Shown: positions 54,747 through 62,236 of the stretch, in pieces
Numbering within the stretch: the first letter of the stretch is position 1
Layout: each line of letters begins with the position of its first letter
IMG/VR virus record: IMGVR_UViG_3300045988_105030
Length of the DNA: 64,000 nt
From: a virus
Reading direction: 5' to 3' (one strand)
The notes under the pieces: model-generated
Told to the model about the DNA's origin: nothing
Databases searched by the model: none
What the model saw: the letters and a program-made list of their open reading frames with translations, nothing else
Translations under genes and position numbers: made by a program

Positions 54747-54983
54747 ATGATCGTAAAGGCAATTTACTACAAGCCGTTGTGGAAGGGGTACAGCGGACGG
54801 GCATACACCTTCCGCACGAACCTGCCCCTGCAACTCGGAGACCATGTACTGGTGCCGGGCAGCGAGGCGGACGAAAAGCCCGCCATGATTACCGAGGTCA
54901 ATCTGCCGGAGAGCGTCATTGACCCGTCGTGGGCTGACCGGGTGAAGTGGATCACCCGGATGGATACGGAGGTGCGGGCATGA
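54747..54983 (+). CDS. Hypothetical protein
   Basis: 78-aa ORF in the recombination module. Confidence 0.45.
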   Translation: MIVKAIYYKPLWKGYSGRAYTFRTNLPLQLGDHVLVPGSEADEKPAMITEVNLPESVIDPSWADRVKWITRMDTEVRA

Positions 54984-55915
54984 GCGGCATGGTGGAATTT
55001 CGCATCACTTCCGACTTGCAGGAGATCCGCAAGCAGGCCATTACCACCAACTACGCCGATGTAAAGGCGTGGGTGGACGGCGTGGCGGAGCAGTACCGCA
55101 GCATTGTGGTGACGGAGGACGGCGTACAAGCCGCCAAGCAGGACAGGGCGAACCTCCGCAAACTGCAAGCCAACATCGATCAGGTACGCAAGGAATGCCG
55201 TGCGGCGGCGCTGGCGGTATCCGCTGAAACGGAGACCAACTGCAAGGAGTTGGTGGCGACACTGGAAACCGCCGTACAGAACCTCGATACGCAGGCCAAG
55301 GCATTTGAGGCGCGGCGCAAGGAGGAGAAGGCGGCAAGGCTCAAGACCTACTTCGACCGGGAAAACGAGTTGCACAACACCAACACCTACCTGACATGGG
55401 AGGGCGTGCTTGACCCCAAGTGGCTCAACGCCACCGCCAGTGAGGACGCGGCAAAAAAGGCTATCGATGCCATCATCACCAACACCGTGAACGGGATCGC
55501 TGCCATCGTAACGCTGCAAAGCCCCTTCGAGGTGGAGCTGCTGGACTACTACCGTGGAACCCAGGATGTGACCGCCGTTCTGCAAAAGAACGCCCGCCTG
55601 CTGGAAATGAAAAAGGCACAGGAGGAGCGGGAAAAGGCGACGCGGGAGGCGGCAGAAGCCAAGCGTCTGGCAGAGGAGGCGGCACGGAAGGCCCTTGTGG
55701 TGGAAGAACCTGCGCCGCAGGAGGCACCCAGCGTGGCGGACGTGATCCGCTCCGTAGAACAGGAGGCGTTTGCATACGCGGCAGTCGAGGACGAACCGCA
55801 GGAGGAGGAAATTTACACCGTGGATTTCCGCGTACACGGTACGGCGGTACAGCTCAACGGCTTGAAGGCATACATGAAGGAACACGACATCCGCTTTGGG
55901 CGTGTGCCGGAATAA
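54980..55915 (+). CDS. DUF1351-like phage protein (commonly found next to RecT)
   Basis: ATG at 54980 (ATGA overlap). 311 aa with coiled coils. Family assignment is by recall. Confidence 0.5.
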   Translation: MSGMVEFRITSDLQEIRKQAITTNYADVKAWVDGVAEQYRSIVVTEDGVQAAKQDRANLRKLQANIDQVRKECRAAALAVSAETETNCKELVATLETAVQNLDTQAKAFEARRKEEKAARLKTYFDRENELHNTNTYLTWEGVLDPKWLNATASEDAAKKAIDAIITNTVNGIAAIVTLQSPFEVELLDYYRGTQDVTAVLQKNARLLEMKKAQEEREKATREAAEAKRLAEEAARKALVVEEPAPQEAPSVADVIRSVEQEAFAYAAVEDEPQEEEIYTVDFRVHGTAVQLNGLKAYMKEHDIRFGRVPE

Positions 55916-55933
55916 CGGAAGGAGAGAAACACC

Positions 55934-56234
55934 ATGAAAGTCCAGAACCAGAGCAATTTTACCCAGATGACACAGCAGAAGAAGCAGAAATTCAGCATGG
56001 CGATCACCGCCCCCAGCACACAGCAGATGATCTCCCGCGCCCTCAAAAACGAGCGCATGGCGGCACGGTTTACCTCCACCCTGATCTCCGCCGTAAGCGC
56101 CAGCGACCAGCTCAAGGAGTGTGACCCCGGCACCATCATTGCCGCCGGTCTCCGCGGCGAGGGCATGGGGCTTATTTACGGCCACGGCTACTACATCGTG
56201 CCCTACGGCAGCGTGGCCCAGTTCAATCTTGGCT
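55934..56234 (+). CDS. recT: RecT recombinase, exon 1
   Basis: ISAVSASDQLKECDPGTIIAAGLRGEGMGL..YIVPYGSVAQFNLG. The frame stops 1 codon after the splice point. Joins 57168..57901 in frame (345 codons in total). Confidence 0.75.
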
Positions 56235-57167
56235 AAACTTTTATGGTCAAGTAAAACCGCGTGAACCCTATTACTCAGGGGTGTGCCGCCACAAGGCGGT
56301 GCTAACGGTGAAACCCGTCGAAAAAGGGCAATACCGTGCTGCGGTATTTTTATTGGAGACAAGTATGACAGGTATTTATTTGATAACCAACAAGGTTTCT
56401 GGCGGTTCCTATGTTGGGAAAAGCGTAGATATTCACCGAAGATTTATTGAACACAGAACGGTGAATGCTGAACATAACGGAAGCTTGAAGGCAGCATTTT
56501 TGAAATACGGGGTTGAGTGCTTTTCTTTTGAAGTTTTGGAGGAGTGCCCTGTTGAGATGCTGAATGAGCGAGAAATGTACTACATCGATAAATTGAATCC
56601 TTCTTATAACCGCACAAAGGGTGGAGACGGGCGATCTCGAAGATTGACTCCGGCTGAAAAGGAACATTTGCGCCAGTGTGGAAAACGCCAATGGGCCAAT
56701 ATGTCCGAATCAGCAAGAGAGACGCAAATTCGCAACAACCTGAAAGGTCCTAAAGTTGGCCATCCTGTATCACAGGAAACGCGAGAAAAGCTTAGAAAAG
56801 CTAATATTGGGAAAACTGCCAGCCCCGAAACAATTGCAAAAAGAAAAACAACTATGGCAAAAAAAGGCATTGAGTTGTTTAACGGAAAGCGTTATATGCG
56901 CCCCATCCGCTGCATTGAAACGGGCGAAACCTTTGAGAGTTTGAAAGAAGCCGAAAAAAAGTACGGGCTAACAACTCTCTGCGCCCACTTAAAGGGGAAA
57001 TACAAAACCTGTAAAGGTCTCCATTACGAATACTTGAGTGTAGAGACTACCCGTGATGAATGTAGCGGGGTAGGGCAGAAGATGAGTTACTGCCCGAAGT
57101 GCGCGGCACACAAAAAAGTGTGAAGAGATAGTCCACCCCGGCGCGATGATAAAGCGCCGGAATAGTG
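56235..57167 (+). mobile_element. Group I self-splicing intron (933 nt) interrupting recT
   Basis: P1 CTTGGCT/GGTCAAG with a U-G pair at the 5' splice site. P7 GACTA/TAGTC within AGAGATAGTCC. P8 GGGCAG/CTGCCC. P9 CCGGCGC/GCGCCGG. Terminal G at 57167. Confidence 0.7.
56365..57123 (+). CDS. GIY-YIG homing endonuclease with NUMOD-type DNA-binding repeats (intron-encoded)
   Basis: GIYLITNKVSGGSYVGKS..RRFIEH..YYIDKLNPSYN. Repeats GHPVSQETREKLRKANIGK. Confidence 0.85.
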   Translation: MTGIYLITNKVSGGSYVGKSVDIHRRFIEHRTVNAEHNGSLKAAFLKYGVECFSFEVLEECPVEMLNEREMYYIDKLNPSYNRTKGGDGRSRRLTPAEKEHLRQCGKRQWANMSESARETQIRNNLKGPKVGHPVSQETREKLRKANIGKTASPETIAKRKTTMAKKGIELFNGKRYMRPIRCIETGETFESLKEAEKKYGLTTLCAHLKGKYKTCKGLHYEYLSVETTRDECSGVGQKMSYCPKCAAHKKV

Positions 57168-57901
57168 ATAAAGGTTACATCCAGCTGGCCATGTCCACGG
57201 GCTTTTACGAGGACATTGACTGCATCGAGGTGCGCGAGGGCGAACGGGAGGGGCGAGACGCCCGTACCGGAAAGCCCATTATCAACCTTGCCAAGTACGA
57301 AACGGACGAGGAGCGGGACGCCCACAAGATCATCGGCTATTACGCCTATTACAAGCTCAGCACCGGGGCGTTCCGCTCGGAATACTGGCCGATGGACAAG
57401 CTGCTGCGCCACGCAGACCGTTACTCCCCCGCCTTCAAGCTGGAGAAGTACAACGCCCTCATCAACGGTGAGTTGGACGCCAAGGAGCAGAGCAAGCTCC
57501 TGAACGGTACGCCTTGGTACGACGTGAACGGCGGGCAGGACAGAATGTGTAAAAAAACTGTGCTCCGCAGTCTGCTGAACAGCGGCTATGCCCCTCTTTC
57601 CAACGAGGTACGCAGCTACTTCAACGAGGACAGAGAGGACGGCGTTGTGACGGACATCCCCGCCGCTCCTGCGGAGAGTGCCATTCCCGTGACGGATTTC
57701 TCTGTCAACGAAGAAAATCGCGCCGCCAGCGACAAAACCACCGTAGAACGCCACCGGAACGCGCCTGTTGGCGATGAAACCTCTGCCGAGGGTGAGGATA
57801 CCGCCCCGACCAAAAAGCGCGTAGAACGCAAGGAAACGGCAAATGCGGCGGTCGAGAGCACGGAGGACTTTTCCAAGGGTTTCTTTGGGGAGGGCGAGTA
57901 A
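57168..57901 (+). CDS. recT: RecT recombinase, exon 2
   Basis: Splicing restores ..AQFNLG-YKGYIQLAMSTGFY.. (RecT GYKG motif). The ATG at 57146 in the ORF track lies inside intron P9. Confidence 0.75.
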
Positions 57902-58450
57902 ATGCCTCTTTTTATCCGCAAGCGCGTAGACGCAGAGGGTAAGGCAGACGGCAGCCAGTACATGATCTGTACTGGCTCCGTAAGCCGGGACGCCAAGGTG
58001 GGGGAGATTCCCAAGAACCACATTCCCAAGGTGGAGTTTGGCATGGGGTACGACAGCAAGCAGTTTATGAACGTGTGTGCCGTGGGTGATAACGCCGCCA
58101 CGAAGCTTGCCGCGTGTTTGGAAAAGGGCGACGCGGTGGCGGTGGTGGGAACGTGGCGGCAAAGGCCATACACCACCCGCGACGGCGAGGAAAAGGTGTG
58201 GAGCGAGCTTCGCGCCGACCATGTAATCCCGCTGGGCGCGCTGGAAACACTGCTGCAAGTGCCGACGGAGTATTTCCTTCGACTGGCCGACCTGCTGCCC
58301 GCGCTGGAAAAGCTGTGCGCCGGGGAAAAGCCGGATGTAAGACCGGCGGACGCGCCCCAGAGCGCGGCGGGTTTTCAGGAGATCGAGGATAACGAGCCGC
58401 TTCCGTGGGACGCGGAGGACGGCGGCGACGACTACGAGCTGAGTATCTGA
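57902..58450 (+). CDS. Single-stranded-DNA-binding-like protein
   Basis: OB-fold-like KGDAVAVVGTWRQRPYTTRDGEEKVWSELRADHV with an acidic C-terminal tail DAEDGGDDYELSI. Confidence 0.5.
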   Translation: MPLFIRKRVDAEGKADGSQYMICTGSVSRDAKVGEIPKNHIPKVEFGMGYDSKQFMNVCAVGDNAATKLAACLEKGDAVAVVGTWRQRPYTTRDGEEKVWSELRADHVIPLGALETLLQVPTEYFLRLADLLPALEKLCAGEKPDVRPADAPQSAAGFQEIEDNEPLPWDAEDGGDDYELSI

Positions 58451-58467
58451 CGGGAGGTGTTGGCGAA

Positions 58468-59550
58468 ATGGCGACAGGTAAAACATACTACTGGATGCGA
58501 TTGAAGGAATCTTTCCTGAACAGCGACACGGTGGACTTCTTTATGAGCCAGCCAAACGGCGCGAATTATGTCGTTCTCTATCAAGCACTGTGCCTGAAAA
58601 CCATTAACACGGAAGGGAGGCTCTCTCGGCAAATCGGGGACATCATCATTCCGTTTGACATTGAGAAGATACGCCGGGACTGCAAGTGGTTCTCCGCTGA
58701 TACCATCCGCGTGGCACTGGAATACTACAAGCGGTTTGGCCTGATCTACCAAGACGTAGACGGAACGTTGGTCATGGCAGACCACCACAGTCTTGTTGGA
58801 AAGACAACAGATTATGCAGACCAGAAAAAGGCTCAACGTATAAAAAACGCCGAAAAACCGAAACTTTTGGCAGATGGTGGTGTGGACAATGTCCACAGCG
58901 ATGTCCATACAGAGATTAGAGATATAGAGATTAGAGATATAGATACCCCCCTATATCCCCCCACGGGGGGGCAGAAAGGTAAACGCCGCCCCGATGTGGA
59001 ACCGAAACCGGAGGACAGGTTCAGGGGCGAACTGCTGGATGCGGTGAATAGTTGGCTGGACTACAAGTGGGAGAGGAACAAGTCCAATTACTACAAGGAA
59101 ACCGGGTACAAGAGCCTTATTACGCAGCTGGGCAACTGTGCCAGAGACTATGGAGAGGCCGCAATGGCGCAGGTCATACGGTACAGCATGGCGAACAATT
59201 ACCAGGGTATTTGCTTCGGAGAACTGAAAAAGGGCGCGAGAATGCCGGAGACAGTATACGGCGAGGACAGCAAGGCATTACGGGCCGCAAGATACTTTGC
59301 AGAGCAGAAACTGGCTGACTATCCAGACAGGTCGCAGCCTACTGAAGATGATCTCCAACGGTGGGCAGACGCGATGGAGCGGCTGCATCAGGAGAACGGA
59401 GTGAGCTGGAAAGTCATGGCAGAGGTGATGGACTTTTCGCTGGACAGTGAGTGGTGGAGCAGAAAAGTGCAGTCTGCTTACGACTTCAAACGTGATTTTA
59501 ACAAGATTTTCGCGGATATGACCAAAGAGCAAGGGGCGGTAAAGGAGTGA
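58468..59550 (+). CDS. Phage replisome organizer (DnaD-like N-terminal domain)
   Basis: YYWMRLKESFLNSDTVDFFMSQPNGANYVVLYQALCLK is the replisome-organizer N-terminal signature. RBS GGGAGGTG. Confidence 0.7.
   Translation: MATGKTYYWMRLKESFLNSDTVDFFMSQPNGANYVVLYQALCLKTINTEGRLSRQIGDIIIPFDIEKIRRDCKWFSADTIRVALEYYKRFGLIYQDVDGTLVMADHHSLVGKTTDYADQKKAQRIKNAEKPKLLADGGVDNVHSDVHTEIRDIEIRDIDTPLYPPTGGQKGKRRPDVEPKPEDRFRGELLDAVNSWLDYKWERNKSNYYKETGYKSLITQLGNCARDYGEAAMAQVIRYSMANNYQGICFGELKKGARMPETVYGEDSKALRAARYFAEQKLADYPDRSQPTEDDLQRWADAMERLHQENGVSWKVMAEVMDFSLDSEWWSRKVQSAYDFKRDFNKIFADMTKEQGAVKE
58911..58945 (+). repeat. Tandem 15-nt repeats inside the replisome organizer gene (candidate origin iterons)
   Basis: AGAGATTAGAGATAT x2 plus a partial AGATA. 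An AT-rich island in a GC-rich gene. Confidence 0.5.
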
Positions 59551-59557
59551 GAAGCCG

Positions 59558-60940
59558 GTGGAGATTGGCGTGATTGAGAGAAACGGCGAGGCGAAGGGGC
59601 TGTCCCTCCCGTGGCAGGCAGCTTATTCCCCAGAGGCAGAGCAAGCGGTGCTTGGGGCTATGCTGGTTGACGCAGGATGCGTAAAAGATGTGTTGAAGAA
59701 CCTGGAGGAGGACGACTTTTACATAGAGACGAACCGGGAGATATTCAGGGTGATTCGGCGGATGCACACAGAGGCAAAGCCTATTGACGGCGTGACGGTG
59801 GCAGCGGAGATGGAGCGGACTGGCGTTTATCACGAGAATACGAGAAGCTATCTGGTGCAGCTGATGGAGGTGACGCCTACCAGCGCCAATGTGCTGGAAT
59901 ACGCCAAGATCGTCAAGAAAAAGGCGGAGAAAACACGCTTTTTGCAGGCAGTGATGGAAGCGCTGGGCGACGATGATGACCCGCAGGCGGCGGTGGCGGC
60001 AATTTGCCGGCAGAAGATGAAAGCGCGGCGCGGCGGACGACTGAAAACCATGTCGGAAGCCATGCAGGACGCCATGGACAGCGCATCCGGCAGGAAGGAC
60101 AACCGCATTGACACAGGATATCCGCTGCTGGACGCTACGCTCAAAGGCATGTGGCCGGGACAGCTGATCCTGATCGGCGCAAGACCGGGGTGCGGAAAGA
60201 GCGCCATGTGCATGTCGCTGGCAGAGGCGGCGGCAAAAGAAGGAAACACGGTGCTGTACGTTACGGCGGAAATGCTGGCCGGGGAGGTAGGCGAGCGTTT
60301 GTTGGCAAAGAACGTGAGTGGTCTGACCATGGATCAGATGATCGACGGCGTTCCGGAAAGTGATGAAACACTGTGGATGCACATTGCGTATGAGGCCAGC
60401 ATGGAGGCGAAGCTGCCGATTTTCTTCTACGACGGGCCTGATGTAACGGTGAGCCGTATTCGAGAGCTGGCACTAGGCATAGAAAACCTGAAAATGATCG
60501 TGGTGGACTATCTGGGACTGATGATTGGCGAAAAGAGGACGGAAAACCGAAATCTTGAGCTGGGAGGTATCAGCCGGGAGCTGAAGCTGCTGGCCTCGGA
60601 AATGGAGATTCCCATTGTGGCGGCGGCACAGCTTTCCCGCACGGTGGACGAAACGGACCGGCCGCGGCTTTCCTCCCTGCGAGACAGCGGAGAGCTGGAG
60701 CAGAACGCGGTAAAGGTGATATTCCTTTGGAAAACAGATCCGGCCGACATACGGCAGGTGGGGTGCAGCGTGGCAAAGAACCGGCGGGGCCGCACGGGAG
60801 ATGTGAACTTCTTTTTTGAGGGGAAGAAAATGGAGTTTATGGAGCTGAGCTACCGCAAGGAGGACGAAAACGGCAGAGGTGTGTATCAAAAAAAGAAATC
60901 AAGGAACGCAAGAGAAAAATTCGGCTCTGATGACGACTAA
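59558..60940 (+). CDS. dnaB: DnaB-type replicative helicase
   Basis: 460 aa with a GTG start. N-terminus PEAEQAVLGAMLVD. Walker A GARPGCGKSA. LIVVDYLGLM. SRELKLLASEMEIPIVAAAQLSR. Confidence 0.85.
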   Translation: MEIGVIERNGEAKGLSLPWQAAYSPEAEQAVLGAMLVDAGCVKDVLKNLEEDDFYIETNREIFRVIRRMHTEAKPIDGVTVAAEMERTGVYHENTRSYLVQLMEVTPTSANVLEYAKIVKKKAEKTRFLQAVMEALGDDDDPQAAVAAICRQKMKARRGGRLKTMSEAMQDAMDSASGRKDNRIDTGYPLLDATLKGMWPGQLILIGARPGCGKSAMCMSLAEAAAKEGNTVLYVTAEMLAGEVGERLLAKNVSGLTMDQMIDGVPESDETLWMHIAYEASMEAKLPIFFYDGPDVTVSRIRELALGIENLKMIVVDYLGLMIGEKRTENRNLELGGISRELKLLASEMEIPIVAAAQLSRTVDETDRPRLSSLRDSGELEQNAVKVIFLWKTDPADIRQVGCSVAKNRRGRTGDVNFFFEGKKMEFMELSYRKEDENGRGVYQKKKSRNAREKFGSDDD

Positions 60941-60960
60941 AAGTCTGGAAGGTGCGGTTT

Positions 60961-61455
60961 ATGGGACTTGGTATGGAGGATATCGGACGCTTTAGCAAAA
61001 AAGCACAGGCGCAAATCTTGCAGAAGGTGCAGGAGCAGCAGAGGGCGGAGAAAGCGGCGGCGGACGCCAAAGCCAAGGCGGAGAAGCCGAAGAAGGGAAA
61101 CAAGCTCCACGCGGAGAAGGTGGACATGACCATGCCGGACGGTACGCTCATGCACTTTGACAGCAAGCGGGAGGCGCGGCGGTACATGGATCTGTGGCTG
61201 ATGCAGCGATCGGGACAAATCACCAACCTGCGGACACAGGTAAAGTATCCGCTGCTGCCCAAGCAGGAACGCAAGGACGGAACGAAGGAACGCGCCATAG
61301 ACTATGTGGCGGACTTTGTGTACGAAAAGGACGGCGAGACGGTGGCAGAGGACAGCAAGGGCTTTCGGAACACATCCAGCGCCACATACAAGGTGTTTGT
61401 GATGAAACGGAAGATGATGCTGTACTTCCACGGCATTACAGTGAAGGAGGTATAA
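60961..61455 (+). CDS. DUF1064-like phage protein
   Basis: FDSKREARRYMDLWLMQRSGQITNLRTQVKYPL ... DYVADFVY is the typical DUF1064 pattern. Confidence 0.55.
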   Translation: MGLGMEDIGRFSKKAQAQILQKVQEQQRAEKAAADAKAKAEKPKKGNKLHAEKVDMTMPDGTLMHFDSKREARRYMDLWLMQRSGQITNLRTQVKYPLLPKQERKDGTKERAIDYVADFVYEKDGETVAEDSKGFRNTSSATYKVFVMKRKMMLYFHGITVKEV

Positions 61456-61461
61456 GAAATC

Positions 61462-61758
61462 GTGGCAGGAGGTGCGGAGTCCATGTATTTGAGAATGGCG
61501 GCTGGAGCGGTGCTGCCATGGTTTTCTAAGGAAATGACGGCAAGGAAAGTTACGGAAAATGCAAAGGGAGACGGTAAATTCTCACCCAGCGATGGGTATC
61601 ACATGGTAGTGGCTACGGTGGAGGAGGTGGAGCAGTGCATGAGCTGCCCCTACCCGGAGTGCCGCAACTGTCAGGCGCGTAAACCGTCGAAGCGACGAAA
61701 AACACCAACAAAGGAGCTGGCGGACAGCCTGCGTATTCACCGATGCGAGGAGGTGTAA
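61462..61758 (+). CDS. Hypothetical Cys-containing protein (start uncertain)
   Basis: 98-aa ORF. CMSCPYPECRNC motif. Confidence 0.4.
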   Translation: MAGGAESMYLRMAAGAVLPWFSKEMTARKVTENAKGDGKFSPSDGYHMVVATVEEVEQCMSCPYPECRNCQARKPSKRRKTPTKELADSLRIHRCEEV

Positions 61759-61762
61759 GGCC

Positions 61763-61954
61763 ATGACGACGGTGTATATGATCGTGTCGCGGGATAAATA
61801 CCGGTTTCCCTGCTGGTGGGGCACGAGTACGGCGGAGCTGGCGCGGCTGTCCGGCAGATCGTATGCCAGCGTGCGGTCCGGCATAAGCAGGGCGCGCAGG
61901 AACGGCGGCAGATACGGATGCTACGAGGTGGTGCGCATACAGGAGGGCGAGTGA
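61763..61954 (+). CDS. Small hypothetical protein
   Basis: 63 aa. TAELARLSGRSYASVRSGISR is HTH-like. Confidence 0.45.
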   Translation: MTTVYMIVSRDKYRFPCWWGTSTAELARLSGRSYASVRSGISRARRNGGRYGCYEVVRIQEGE

Positions 61955-62229
61955 TGGGCAAGCAGCATTTAAGCCGGGATGAACGGCTGATAATGAAAGG
62001 CAAGCTGCAAGGTACGCAGGAGTGCATGGACATGGTGGCGATGGTGCTGATGGACAAGTGCGGTTGGCACGTCTTTGAGGAGACAGAGGACTGCCGGGAC
62101 ACGTTGAGTATCGCGTACCTGTACAAATGTTTGGAAAAGATCACGCAGGAGATCAACGAAGGCCGCATCAAGCGGAAGCACATCAAGGACGTGCTGAAGG
62201 ACGAGTGCGGCGTTGTGTTTGGAGATTAG
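61954..62229 (+). CDS. Hypothetical protein
   Basis: ATG at 61954 overlapping the upstream stop. 91 aa. Confidence 0.45.
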   Translation: MGKQHLSRDERLIMKGKLQGTQECMDMVAMVLMDKCGWHVFEETEDCRDTLSIAYLYKCLEKITQEINEGRIKRKHIKDVLKDECGVVFGD

Positions 62230-62236
62230 GAGGTGA

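Noticed and set aside
57146-57167. ATG 57146 as the start of an independent 251-aa gene
   Set aside because: This ATG lies in the loop of intron helix P9. The protein lacks the RecT N-terminal half, which is supplied in frame by exon 1 after splicing.
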